Assembly: GCA_965220965.1 (NCBI GenBank)
Contig: CBDCRI010000001.1
Coordinates: 288,001 to 352,000 of the forward strand
Length of the DNA: 64,000 bases
From: Candidatus Marinacidobacterium sp.
GTDB lineage: Bacteria > Acidobacteriota > Vicinamibacteria > Marinacidobacterales > Marinacidobacteraceae
Reading direction: 5' to 3'
Shown here: positions 29,237-39,358 of the stretch, one piece after another
Numbering within the stretch: position 1 is the stretch's first letter
Layout of the letters: each line of letters opens with the position of its first letter
The notes under the pieces: generated by a model
What the model was told of the DNA's origin: nothing
Database searches by the model: none
Seen by the model: the letters and a program-made list of their open reading frames with translations, nothing else
Program-made: the position numbers and the translations under genes

Positions 29237-32226
29237 CGGGCGCACCGCGGGGATTCGCTCACTCGGCAGCCGTTGAGGTCTACGGTGCCTTCCTAGACGA
29301 GTGTGTCATTGCGCACGTTGCCAAGGATCGCGTTGGCGCTCCCGCGAGGACTGCCAATGCAATCGTCGACGGCCGCCCAGTGCGCTTGGTGACGATCAGC
29401 GGGAAAGGAGGCTGGTCCCCCGATTCGCAATTGCGCGAGCGCTATTCGAAGAACCGCAACGTCAGCCTGCTGGACCACGCGCTCTCCGTGGCGCGCGGTG
29501 CGCTCATGTTCTGGCTTGCCAACGCGCCCAGAGCCTGGTCCGGCGAAAGCGACCTAAAGGAAATAGAGCAGCTAGGGTACAGTGTGGTCTGCATCGCGTT
29601 CCTTCACGACATCGACAAGGATCTGGGGTTGGCGCGCGGGGAGAAAATCCCCGCTGACGCGGTGGCCGAGCGCATGAGGCGCTACGGCATCGATGAGTTT
29701 CTCGCAAAGCATGACATCCGCATGTCGCCTGCAGCGATGCTCAACTACATCGAGGCTGTCGAGGGCACCCAAGTGGCCGGAAGCGCGCCGGCGCCGGATT
29801 TCAACGCGCGAATTGCATCCACCTGCCGTTACGTCGAGTTGGCCGACAAGCTCGATGGAACCTTCTCGAGCAATGAGCCGGGTGGAGGGGTCGAAGGAGT
29901 GGTTGCGTCACTGGGCGACCCAAACCGATGGCCGGTGCTTGGCGACGATTCGGCACTGAAGCGTTGGGAAAGGATAGAGGTTCACGATCATCTTCACCCC
30001 TTTCTCTTGGACGGACTTCAATCGGCACTATCCTCCGCCTGTGAGGACCTCTCCGGCCGCCTTCCCTTGGTCGAGGTGGTCCACGGCGGGCGCCTCCTGG
30101 CCGTGATTCCGCGAGAGCAAGCGGGACCGATCCAAGATCGTGCCCTGGAGCGCTTTCTGCAGGAACTTCCCTACGGCTTGGGCTTCTCGGTCAACAACCG
30201 GCTGGCGTGCGAGTTCGTTGGCGGAGCAGCCTCGTGGCAGGCGTGTCGCGAAGTCATGGACCAAACATCCAACTGGCGTGCCTTCGCAAACCTCCTCGCG
30301 CTCCCAAAGCCTTTTGTCCGTGAACACCGTCAAGCTGTGGACGAGCTTTTTGAGAGCGCGGGCATGTCGAGTTCGTGGAGTTCCATCGACGACGGCGGCG
30401 GCGCCACCGCGAAGCCCGCGCTGAATCACCCCGGAGGATACCCTGCTGACCTGGACATGGAGCCTGCCCATGCGCTGACGTTCCTTGCGATTGCGCTCAA
30501 CCACAGGGACAGCCCGCGCAAGGGCGGCGCGCCGGACGCCGCCTCGCGCGAACGGGAACTGACCGACCTGCTGGAGGCCAACGGCACGCCGTTGCCGCGC
30601 TTCATCGCGGCGAGCCTTGCGCGTGATGCGCGGGCGCGGCGGGTCATGCTCGCATTGTGGGCGGTGGCGGAGATATGGAAGCAGGCTGACGACGATCCAG
30701 ACTCGGCGCAGGAGCTGCTGGACCTCGTCGTTGGTCGCGGCGGCCTTGCGGGCCTGTGGATTGAAGGCGATGAAGCCCGGCCGGGGCTGGCGGCCCAGGT
30801 CGAGGATACGTCGAGTGAAATCACGAGCGCCCTTCGTGAGCGCTTTGGCGCTCAACTGAAAGGGGCCGCCGCGCGGCCGTTTGACGGCGACCAGCCCCGC
30901 AAGCGGTGCATTCTCTGCAACGAGCCGGTCCGCGAGTCACGGCGGGTGAGGACCGAATCGCGCGCCCACGGCATCAAGTCGTCCGCATTTTCGGGACGGG
31001 ATCTGCGCAACGACCACCTCGCCTCCCCTTCCGGCGACACCCACCTTTGCCTAGTGTGCCTCGCCGAGTCACAGCTGCGGCAAGATGCGCAGGAAGAGTT
31101 CAAGGGAAGCGGCGACCTTCCCGCACTCATGTCTTCCCCGACGACGACCGGCCTCTTCGGCGGGCTCGCGTTCCAAAGCGGAGGACCGGGGATCCCCATG
31201 GGCCTGAACGACCTCAATCGCCTCTCGATCAAGAAGGGACGCGTCTACGAAGGCCTCGACTGCCAGAAGCGCCGCATTCGCCTGGCCCGCCTGGAGGCCC
31301 AGCCCCGCAAGGATGGCGAGCTCGTCGCCCAGCTTCGGATGATTCTGCAAGCGGTTCGGCGGCTTGGCCGGCCGATCCACATCTTCCGTGGGGCGCCGCG
31401 CCAACACCCCGCCATCTTTCATTCCGATTCGTTGCCCACATGGCTCGAAAGGCTGCTCGGCGGCGACTCGCTGCGCATAGAACAGCTTGGCGGCGCCATG
31501 GCAAAACTGGAGTTGTTCGAGCGCATGGCCGACATGCCCGGCCTGGGAATCGAGTGGGCCAAGCAGCTTGCGGATCCCGACCACCTAGTGCGGCTCGGCG
31601 CCATTTGCGTTGCGTGGAGCCTGGCGGTCGACCGGGAGGGCGCCAGGAACGGCAAACAAGCGCGGTCCAACATTGAAGCAAAGACGCGCGAGCACGCGCT
31701 CTCGCTCATCAGAAGCACCGGAGGTGAACCAGTGAACTTGAAAAACAACGCGGACCCCCTGATTCGGCTCGCATGGCTCGCGACACGCATCCAGAAGCGG
31801 AGAGGATTCAAAGATTCAACCGGGAAGCAGCTGCTTTGCTGGAAAATCGCCGTGGACTTCTACGCGGGCGCTAGGGCTTCGACAACGCAAGATCGAACCG
31901 CCCTGATCCTCGGGCTCGCCGGCACGCTTGAGGAGGAGCTAACGAGAAAGGATGACGCGGCTGCGAAAAAGCACCGCGACGATGAGCTTCGGAAGGACCG
32001 AGGGGCAAGTCAAGGCGGCGAGTCGCTTGCCGATGCTTGCGTCACGTTCGCCGAGCACTTTGCCGACAACGTGTGGGGTGCAGCATTCGGCTCGAAGGAG
32101 CCGACCTCGCAGGAGCAGCGGCGCGCGGCGTCCATTTACCGCTTCGCCTTGCTGGAATCCTATCGCGAGCGCGCGATAGCCGAGTCGGCAAGCGCGGCCT
32201 TCAACGACGAAAGCCCGGAATCCTGA
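29233..32226 (+). CDS. cas10d: Type I-D large subunit Cas10d with N-terminal HD nuclease
   Basis: SLLDH...AFLHDIDK...LADK HD motifs, Zn finger CILC...CLVC, ~1000 aa, directly upstream of cas7. Confidence 0.8.
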   Translation: MTGAPRGFAHSAAVEVYGAFLDECVIAHVAKDRVGAPARTANAIVDGRPVRLVTISGKGGWSPDSQLRERYSKNRNVSLLDHALSVARGALMFWLANAPRAWSGESDLKEIEQLGYSVVCIAFLHDIDKDLGLARGEKIPADAVAERMRRYGIDEFLAKHDIRMSPAAMLNYIEAVEGTQVAGSAPAPDFNARIASTCRYVELADKLDGTFSSNEPGGGVEGVVASLGDPNRWPVLGDDSALKRWERIEVHDHLHPFLLDGLQSALSSACEDLSGRLPLVEVVHGGRLLAVIPREQAGPIQDRALERFLQELPYGLGFSVNNRLACEFVGGAASWQACREVMDQTSNWRAFANLLALPKPFVREHRQAVDELFESAGMSSSWSSIDDGGGATAKPALNHPGGYPADLDMEPAHALTFLAIALNHRDSPRKGGAPDAASRERELTDLLEANGTPLPRFIAASLARDARARRVMLALWAVAEIWKQADDDPDSAQELLDLVVGRGGLAGLWIEGDEARPGLAAQVEDTSSEITSALRERFGAQLKGAAARPFDGDQPRKRCILCNEPVRESRRVRTESRAHGIKSSAFSGRDLRNDHLASPSGDTHLCLVCLAESQLRQDAQEEFKGSGDLPALMSSPTTTGLFGGLAFQSGGPGIPMGLNDLNRLSIKKGRVYEGLDCQKRRIRLARLEAQPRKDGELVAQLRMILQAVRRLGRPIHIFRGAPRQHPAIFHSDSLPTWLERLLGGDSLRIEQLGGAMAKLELFERMADMPGLGIEWAKQLADPDHLVRLGAICVAWSLAVDREGARNGKQARSNIEAKTREHALSLIRSTGGEPVNLKNNADPLIRLAWLATRIQKRRGFKDSTGKQLLCWKIAVDFYAGARASTTQDRTALILGLAGTLEEELTRKDDAAAKKHRDDELRKDRGASQGGESLADACVTFAEHFADNVWGAAFGSKEPTSQEQRRAASIYRFALLESYRERAIAESASAAFNDESPES
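31732..32226 (+). CDS. cas11d: Putative internally translated small subunit Cas11d (164 aa)
   Basis: GGAGG at 31720-31724, 7 nt before an in-frame GTG. Internal Cas11 translation is established for type I-D. Confidence 0.65.
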   Translation: MNLKNNADPLIRLAWLATRIQKRRGFKDSTGKQLLCWKIAVDFYAGARASTTQDRTALILGLAGTLEEELTRKDDAAAKKHRDDELRKDRGASQGGESLADACVTFAEHFADNVWGAAFGSKEPTSQEQRRAASIYRFALLESYRERAIAESASAAFNDESPES

Positions 32227-32245
32227 CCCGAGAGTTTCCAACCAC

Positions 32246-33256
32246 ATGGAGAACATGATGCTCGACCAATTCAATGCGTATCTCAACGACGGCGACCTTA
32301 CCGAGGAGGTGACCGCCGCCAACGGCAAGGACACCTACGTGATGCCCAAGCGGCGCAATGCCGGACATGTGGCCATCGCACTCATCCGCGAGATCGTGGC
32401 GCCCACCGTCTTCCGCAATGCGGAGGAGGAAATCACCGACATCGAGGACCGGAAGGGCATTCGCCGCGTGCGGGCGACGCCGAACAAGTTCAAGTTCGGG
32501 GAGCGCGGCCGGGGCCTGTTGGTGCTGCGCGCTTGGAACGTCGGTGGCCGGCTGCCGCAAAACCGCACCGCGGTCGGTCAGCGAATGCCGGTCCGTGAGG
32601 CGTTGGACCTGAACACCCTAGTGTTCGGCGACTCGACCATGTTGGGTACGCGGGTCCTGCCGGTCAAGGCGGCCGTTCAGTACTCCGACGCGCTGAGCAC
32701 CACGCCGTACCGCGAGGCCGTAGGCGAGAGCTTTCACCACCGTGGCGACGAGACCGGAACGTTGTGGGACGCAGAGGGAAAGAAGAACACCGAAAACCTG
32801 TTTACGCGTCACTTCGTGCGACCCGGGACGACGCTGATCCAGATCCTCACCAGCAACGGCCGGCAGCTTCCGCCGATTGGCCTCGACCACCTGCTGCTGA
32901 GCCTTGGCCTCGCCGGCTCTTACGGCGGACAGACCTCGGTGACGGGAGTGAACGTGCGCACGCACATCGCTGGCATCTTCGCCTCGCGTCTTGAGGTGCC
33001 AGTTTCGTCACCTTACGAGTTGCTCCGCAAGGTGCCGGAATCCGGCTCCGCGGACAAGCTGGCAGCCGGGGTGTACCAGGAGATGAAGGAGCACTACCAA
33101 ACGCGCGCCGATGGCGCCGAAGCGTCAGCGCATCAGCGGCAGCTCGTCCATGCGTTCGAGCGCGACGACTCGGAGCTGCGGCGCCGGTATGAAGACGCTG
33201 CGCCCAAGATCGCGGACATGTTCGAGGGGTACTTCAACCCCGAGAAGAAGGCGTGA
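32246..33256 (+). CDS. cas7: Type I-D Cas7 (Csc2)
   Basis: R..FR.....D, K.K..ER..G, VFGDS..V.YSDA and YGGQTS.TG.NVR motifs, plus operon position. Confidence 0.85.
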   Translation: MENMMLDQFNAYLNDGDLTEEVTAANGKDTYVMPKRRNAGHVAIALIREIVAPTVFRNAEEEITDIEDRKGIRRVRATPNKFKFGERGRGLLVLRAWNVGGRLPQNRTAVGQRMPVREALDLNTLVFGDSTMLGTRVLPVKAAVQYSDALSTTPYREAVGESFHHRGDETGTLWDAEGKKNTENLFTRHFVRPGTTLIQILTSNGRQLPPIGLDHLLLSLGLAGSYGGQTSVTGVNVRTHIAGIFASRLEVPVSSPYELLRKVPESGSADKLAAGVYQEMKEHYQTRADGAEASAHQRQLVHAFERDDSELRRRYEDAAPKIADMFEGYFNPEKKA

Positions 33257-33259
33257 ACC

Positions 33260-33922
33260 GTGGCTGCGGCCCTCTTCCCGTTTAAACTGACTGCGCTGTC
33301 GCCCTGGGCATGGCACGGGCTCGCCGTGCCATCGGGAACCTCGACGCTGAACGATGTCGTCACCGACACCGCAATGGCGTTCGCGACGGCGGCGGCGCTG
33401 GGCATGATGCCCCGTTCGCCATGCCTGCCGTCGGCACCCGACTATCGGAACCACTTGGCCGCCTTGCCCTTCAAGACCGCGCTCTTCACGGGGACCGGCA
33501 ACCGGCTCAACCGGCCATTGGCGCGCCGCCTCAACCTCGATCCGGAGTGCGGGATGCCGAAGAGCGTTCACGATGCACGCAACAGCGGCAACGTCAAGGA
33601 CTACTTCCACATCCACGAGGTCGCGGCGGGAGCCGTTTTCCACGGGAGCTTTCTCCACGCCGATCCGATGGAGCTGGCATTCGAAGCCTATGGCGAGAGG
33701 CCGGAAGGGCTCGTCATCCGGCTGGGTTTGGGGAGAAACGGCATGGGACTCCTGCAGCGATGCGACGAACAGGCTCCCGTACGGCTCAATCTCCATACGG
33801 CGCAACTCTTCGATCCAGACGTCGATCTAAGGGCGGGGCCGTATCGCCTGCACAACATCCAGCCCAGCGAACCGCTGGATCCTGACGAGGCTTTGCGCAT
33901 CACCGCCGGTTGGCATCGGTGA
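33260..33922 (+). CDS. cas5: Type I-D Cas5 (Csc1)
   Basis: Follows cas7. D.A..FA and IRLGLGRNG G-loop. Confidence 0.75.
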   Translation: MAAALFPFKLTALSPWAWHGLAVPSGTSTLNDVVTDTAMAFATAAALGMMPRSPCLPSAPDYRNHLAALPFKTALFTGTGNRLNRPLARRLNLDPECGMPKSVHDARNSGNVKDYFHIHEVAAGAVFHGSFLHADPMELAFEAYGERPEGLVIRLGLGRNGMGLLQRCDEQAPVRLNLHTAQLFDPDVDLRAGPYRLHNIQPSEPLDPDEALRITAGWHR

Positions 33923-33929
33923 ACGGACA

Positions 33930-35984
33930 GTGATCATCCGTTCCCATTCAGTGCGCATGCTGCCCAGCGGCCTGTCGCCAATGCAGCAAAGCTTGCTGGA
34001 CTCGGAGCGATTCGTCCGGCTGGTGTCGGCGCCCACGGGCTCCGGAAAGTCCTACGCATTCATGCGCGCGGTGCTGGAGCGCGATGCGCGCGTGCTGTTC
34101 ATCGTGCCCACGAAACGCCTGCTGCAGAACCTGATCGAGGATGCGCGTGAACAGGCGGACGAGCACTGGCGCGATCAGGGCCTCGACGAAGCGCGGCGCA
34201 CCGCCTGGACCAATGAGCGAATTGTCGAGTGGTCCGGCAATCAGGCCGACGACGGCGGCGGGAGCCTGGCGGCCAAACGCGCCGGACAGCTCTTTTCGAT
34301 CAGCGAAGAAAGAACCGGTGGGGTCATCTTCGCCATCCCTGAGGTGGTGGTCTCGTCGATCTCGGGAATCCGCATCAAGGGGGCAAGCGCAATCAACCCC
34401 TTCGAATTCGTGCACGCCTTCGACCATGTCGTGTTCGACGAGTTCCACACAATCGACGACCGCGCCTTTGGCCTGGCCAGCCTTCTGTCGCTGCTCGCGG
34501 TGACGCAACGGCAAGGCAAGGTGTCGCTGCTCTCCGCCACGCCGATAGACGTGACCGGAGTTCTTGCCCGGTGCGGCGTGGGGCCAGACAAGATCGAGAG
34601 CATCCCCGAGGAGATTGTCGATGGGCATCCGCCAGGGCATCGTGAGATACATGGCGACGTGTCGGTGTCCGTAGACCCGCGCACTTTGCCGGAATTGGTC
34701 GAGGCGAACATCGATTCCGTGCGAACCTCGGTCGCGGGCCAGCGCACGGTGATAGTCATCTACGACTCCCTGCAGCGCCTGCGGGAGGACGAGTCGAACC
34801 TGCGAGCGAAGCTTCGCGCCGCCGGCATCGGAGAGGACAGGATTTGCGCCATCAACTCCATCGAAGACTCCAGGCGGGCGCCAGACGAGCCCCGCCGCGG
34901 GCGAAGGTTTGCGGATCCGCGCGACTTCGACGTGCTCATCTGCACATCGACCGTAGAAGTCGGCGTCACGTTCCGCAGCGATCTCATGTTCATGGAGCCC
35001 GGATTTGGAGAGGCCAGCTTCGTTCAGCGGGTGGGCCGAGTGTCGCGCGGCGCGGACGACGGGCAGGTCTTCGTGTCGTTGCCAGAACGCACGCGCGCGC
35101 GCAACGCATGGACACGACGTGTCGAGACCGTCATTCGGGAGAATGCGGAGCTGACGATTCAGGAGTTCACCGAGAATGTCCTTCGTGACGTTAGAAGGCG
35201 GCTTGAGCCGACGCGCAAGGAAGCCGAAGCCGACTGGTCCGCTCCCAACACCGCACTTTCGTTCTACCGGCGCCCCTCGTGGCGCGGCGCATTCTGGGCG
35301 GCGCTTTTCATTGTCGCGATCCGGCGGCAGAAAATGACGGTACAAAGGGCGGCGCGGGAGCGGCTGCGCGCGCTCTCGCCCAGCACCGTGAGGTTCGTCG
35401 ACGCCAAGATCGGCGACATCATGTCCGTGGATGCAGTGAACAACAACCTGCGCAGCGCGTCGCAGCCACACCGGGCATGGGCGAACGCTCTTCTTGCAAG
35501 CGCTCTGACCTACCGCGACATCGGCCGGACCATCCGTGTTGTCGATCCCGACGGCTGCAGCCATGTGGTGTCGGAATCCTATCTCCGGCGAGCCACCGAT
35601 GTTCTAAGGCGGCACATCGTTTCCGACGACAGCGGGGAACCTGTGATCCAATTGCTGTCCCGCAGCCTTCGGGAGGAGGAGAGCAAGGGGTCCTCCGGCC
35701 AGCCGAGGGCGCAGAGGATGACGCTCTACGTCCGTTCCCCGATCGGCGAAGGAGACTTCGCTCTGCCGATCTACGAACGGGAAAGGGGAACCGAGCAGCT
35801 CAACGTGCGTCTTGTCAAGGAATGGCGCAATCAGTTCGCCAACTTCCTGCCAGCGCCGGGCGAGAAAGACATGCATCCGCGGAAGAAAGTGATGGCCGCC
35901 GCCACGGCACTGGTCGAGGTCATCGGCCGGCCGCCGCATGAAGAGGACTATGAGGATTCTGCAGAAAGCGCGATGTTTGCGTGA
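33930..35984 (+). CDS. cas3: Cas3' helicase (no HD domain)
   Basis: APTGSGKS, FDEFH, LSATP, TSTVEVGV and QRVGRVSR. Starts directly at the helicase core. Confidence 0.88.
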   Translation: MIIRSHSVRMLPSGLSPMQQSLLDSERFVRLVSAPTGSGKSYAFMRAVLERDARVLFIVPTKRLLQNLIEDAREQADEHWRDQGLDEARRTAWTNERIVEWSGNQADDGGGSLAAKRAGQLFSISEERTGGVIFAIPEVVVSSISGIRIKGASAINPFEFVHAFDHVVFDEFHTIDDRAFGLASLLSLLAVTQRQGKVSLLSATPIDVTGVLARCGVGPDKIESIPEEIVDGHPPGHREIHGDVSVSVDPRTLPELVEANIDSVRTSVAGQRTVIVIYDSLQRLREDESNLRAKLRAAGIGEDRICAINSIEDSRRAPDEPRRGRRFADPRDFDVLICTSTVEVGVTFRSDLMFMEPGFGEASFVQRVGRVSRGADDGQVFVSLPERTRARNAWTRRVETVIRENAELTIQEFTENVLRDVRRRLEPTRKEAEADWSAPNTALSFYRRPSWRGAFWAALFIVAIRRQKMTVQRAARERLRALSPSTVRFVDAKIGDIMSVDAVNNNLRSASQPHRAWANALLASALTYRDIGRTIRVVDPDGCSHVVSESYLRRATDVLRRHIVSDDSGEPVIQLLSRSLREEESKGSSGQPRAQRMTLYVRSPIGEGDFALPIYERERGTEQLNVRLVKEWRNQFANFLPAPGEKDMHPRKKVMAAATALVEVIGRPPHEEDYEDSAESAMFA

Positions 35985-36513
35985 ACTGGCGGAGGAGCGC
36001 GGCCTGCACGGCCTTTACTTCCAGCATGTGGCCTTGTGCCGACGACGTGCCTGGCTGCACCTGATGGGCGCGACGCACGCCGCCCATCACTCTCGCGTCC
36101 AAAGGGGCCTTGCGCTGCATCAGACCGAGAAGCGCCCCGGAGAGGCGCCACGGGGACTTGGCATTGCGCCTGACGCAATCGACTTCAAGCGCCGCGTTGT
36201 CATCGAAAGGAAGGGGGGCGCCGGAGCAAGCGACGCGGTTTCCAGGCAGGCGCTGTTCTACGCCGCATTCATGACGGGAGCCTCCGGAGAGCACTGGCAA
36301 GCGGAGGTTCACGTCTACGGATCCCGCGCGAAGAGGACCTACCATCTCACTGAGGATGCGCTGGACCGGCTCATCCGCGACGCGCAGGAGAGCCGTGGCT
36401 TGGCAGCCGGGCCGGCGCCACCGGCCCGTCGCATTCCGCTCTGCGAAGCCTGCAGCTGCAATCCCCTGTGCTGGGATGAGGAGCATGATGGACACAGTGA
36501 TCGTACCGCGTGA
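35977..36513 (+). CDS. cas4: Cas4 nuclease
   Basis: CRRRAWL, PD..D, ExK, Q..FY and C-terminal CEACSCNPLC. TTG start inferred. Confidence 0.88.
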   Translation: MRELAEERGLHGLYFQHVALCRRRAWLHLMGATHAAHHSRVQRGLALHQTEKRPGEAPRGLGIAPDAIDFKRRVVIERKGGAGASDAVSRQALFYAAFMTGASGEHWQAEVHVYGSRAKRTYHLTEDALDRLIRDAQESRGLAAGPAPPARRIPLCEACSCNPLCWDEEHDGHSDRTA

Positions 36514-37456
36514 CGCACGGCTGAGCCGTCACGAAAACGCGCTGGTGGTCCTGTCTGACGCTGGGCGCAAGGCGATTCCCCTGCACGGGGTAAAGCACGT
36601 CGTGTGCATGGGCGACGGTTCGATCTCCATTCGCCTGCTCAAGGACATGGGACGAAACGGCATTCGCTTCTCGGTGCTCGATGCAGGGGGACGATTTCTG
36701 GGCGCATTCGAGCCTGAGGATGAAACGCCTTCGGGCCGAGTCCGAGTCGGCCAAGCTTCGCTGTTTCTGGATGAGGCGGCCCGCCTTCGTCTGGCCAAGC
36801 TGATCGTGGCTGCGCAGGTGAAGTCCATGCGAGGGCTGCTGCAACGCTATCGGCGGAATGGCGTCACCGGCATCGAAGCATCCCTGGACGGCATTCAGAG
36901 CGCCCTCGCCCTGGCAAGTGAAGCCGCCAGCATCGAGCAGCTCATGGGCGCAGAAGGGCATGCTCGCGCATTCCTGCACGATGCGTTCAAGGAGGTTTCA
37001 ATGGATGCCCGCCTCGACCGCAGAGTTCGACGTCCGCCTTCAGATCCCGTCAACTGCCTGATGTCGTTCTTCAACATGCTGCTCTACTCCGCGTGCGCGA
37101 GCGAACTCGCCAAGACCCACCTGGATCGGAGCATTTCGTTCCTTCATGCTCCAGGCACCGGCAGGCGTTCGCTCTCGATCGACATGGCCGAGAACTTCAG
37201 GCCGGTGTTGTCGGACGCCCTTCTGCTGTCCATTTTTCGCCGGGGCCATGCGGACCGGTCATGGTTCGATCGGTCGCCCGGAGTATACCTGCTCAGCGAG
37301 AAGGGGCGAATCAAGGCCACGCAGCGCTTTTGGGGGCGCATCGAGGAAAGCGTCGGCGAACAGACGCTTCGGCAGGCGATCCACCGCCAGTGCCTGTCCT
37401 TGGAGCGCGAGGCGTTGGGAATCGGGCGGTTCAGGCCTTTCGTCTGGCGGGGTTGA
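36485..37456 (+). CDS. cas1: Cas1 integrase
   Basis: LMGAEG, RRPPSDPVN.LMSF, SFLH and LSIDMAE.FRP. Catalytic E/H/D are present. Confidence 0.93.
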   Translation: MMDTVIVPRDARLSRHENALVVLSDAGRKAIPLHGVKHVVCMGDGSISIRLLKDMGRNGIRFSVLDAGGRFLGAFEPEDETPSGRVRVGQASLFLDEAARLRLAKLIVAAQVKSMRGLLQRYRRNGVTGIEASLDGIQSALALASEAASIEQLMGAEGHARAFLHDAFKEVSMDARLDRRVRRPPSDPVNCLMSFFNMLLYSACASELAKTHLDRSISFLHAPGTGRRSLSIDMAENFRPVLSDALLLSIFRRGHADRSWFDRSPGVYLLSEKGRIKATQRFWGRIEESVGEQTLRQAIHRQCLSLEREALGIGRFRPFVWRG

Positions 37457-37459
37457 TCG

Positions 37460-37759
37460 ATGTTCGTATTGGTTTCCTACGACGTGCCCGCCAAGCGAAC
37501 GGCGATATTCAGGAAGCTGCTGAAGGGGTTCCTTGTGCACGAGCAGGCTTCCGTTTTCATGGGCGACCTGCCGGAGTCGGAACTCATCAAGTTGACTTCC
37601 GAGATATCGAACAAGATTGGACCGGATGATCGGATACTGAAGCTGGTGTGCCGAAACCGCCACAACGTGGAGGTGGAGCAGCTCAGCAAGGACGCCCTCG
37701 GAGGGCCGATGCGCCAGGACGAAGATGCGTGGCACGGAAAAAACTGGTCTGTGCTCTGA
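37460..37759 (+). CDS. cas2: Cas2
   Basis: MFVLVSYDV and Q.SVF.G motifs, between cas1 and the array. Confidence 0.93.
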   Translation: MFVLVSYDVPAKRTAIFRKLLKGFLVHEQASVFMGDLPESELIKLTSEISNKIGPDDRILKLVCRNRHNVEVEQLSKDALGGPMRQDEDAWHGKNWSVL

Positions 37760-37888
37760 CCCATTCATTTACGCGCTTGGAAGAAAATCTGCCGATGGCC
37801 GGGCGTCAGGCGCAGTTTTCCAGCCTTTCCGGCGCGCAATGGTAACTACATGCTGCAATAGGGCAACAAAAACCCTATGATTTCGAGG
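37760..37888 (+). promoter_or_regulatory. Leader of the type I-D array
   Basis: Non-coding, relatively AT-rich stretch between cas2 and repeat 1. Degenerate repeats are at the far end of the array. Confidence 0.7.
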
Positions 37889-39358
37889 GTTCCCAATCCC
37901 CATGAGGGGTAATGAGGAGGACGTTCGAACGAAGCTTAAGCAGCATACGTTGTTCCCAATCCCCATGAGGGGTAATGAGGAGGTTGTGGAGTACACCCAG
38001 AACCTAAAGAACATGAGTTCCCAATCCCCATGAGGGGTAATGAGTACTGCGACCCGCCCTATGTCAACAGCGCCGTGAACGGTTCCCAATCCCCATGAGG
38101 GGTAATGAGCCCGTCAACCTGCCGAAGCGCATCCCGTGGTTCAAAGTTCCCAATCCCCATGAGGGGTAATGAGCGGCAGCCTTGCGCTCGCGCTTGGCCG
38201 GTTGGTTCATGTTCCCAATCCCCATGAGGGGTAATGAGACGGACGCATTCACTCAAACCGTCAGCCAGAGCATAGGTTCCCAATCCCCATGAGGGGTAAT
38301 GAGAAATGCTGAAAGGCGTGTACAAGTTGCTCAAGGAAAAGTTCCCAATCCCCATGAGGGGTAATGAGGGTTTGTTTCACCAATGAGGAAAGACAATGCT
38401 GCAAAGGTTCCCAATCCCCATGAGGGGTAATGAGTATGCCGTGTACTGGATCAAGCAGGCCGTGCAGCGCAGCGGTTCCCAATCCCCATGAGGGGTAATG
38501 AGTATCCCGCTGTGGCGCATCACGGCGTAAGCCGTCTGACGTCGTTCCCAATCCCCATGAGGGGTAATGAGCAGCGACTTCTGAACCGAACTGCCGGCAA
38601 GCGTTCCCGGTTCCCAATCCCCATGAGGGGTAATGAGGTTCAGGTCGATGGTCATCGCAGCAACTCCAGCAGCACGTTCCCAATCCCCATGAGGGGTAAT
38701 GAGTCTAGAGCAAGGAGGCTCTAAGCAATGGAGAACAAAGGGTTCCCAATCCCCATGAGGGGTAATGAGCCAGTTGCACTCAAGTATGAAGGCATCGCCG
38801 ATCCGGGTTCCCAATCCCCATGAGGGGTAATGAGATGCAAACCTTCACTTTCGCCGAAACCCCTGCCGGAACGTTTCCCAATCCCCATGAGGGGTAATGA
38901 GTTGGCCAGCCCTCGGCAATGCGGGTCAAGGATGAGGTTGTTCCCAATCCCCATGAGGGGTAATGAGTTACGGACCGTGCTCTAGTCGCTTCGCGACCCA
39001 AGCCCTTTACCAATCCCCATGAGGGGTAATGAGATGGGAGCAGAGCCACCCGTAGAACTGCAGGACGGACAGTTCCCAATCCCCATGAGGGGTAATGAGG
39101 ATGACAAGCTGAGGCGCAAGGACGCCTGCAAGGGTGGTTCCCAATCCCCATGAGGGGTAATGAGAGGGTGACGTGCCTTATGGCTTTTGGTACTGTGAGA
39201 CGTTCCTAATCCCCATGAGGGGTAATGAGGACTTCTGCGCCGACGTCGACGGGGGGCTGACGCGCGTTCCCAATCCCCATGAGGGGTACCCAGTTGAACG
39301 CTGACCGCTTCGAGGTTTGCGCGGCGGCCCGTTCCCACTCCCGATGAGGGGCATGGGT
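37889..39358 (+). CRISPR. CRISPR array: 28-bp repeat GTTCCCAATCCCCATGAGGGGTAATGAG, 23 repeats / 22 spacers
   Basis: Counted by eye. Spacers are ~35-41 bp. The last two repeats (39266, 39331) are degenerate. Confidence 0.97.

Noticed and set aside
38503-38543. Possible self-targeting: spacer shares CCCGCTGTGGC with ~48469
   Set aside because: Only 11 nt match, which is expected by chance. I saw no full protospacer in the window, though a by-eye search is not exhaustive.
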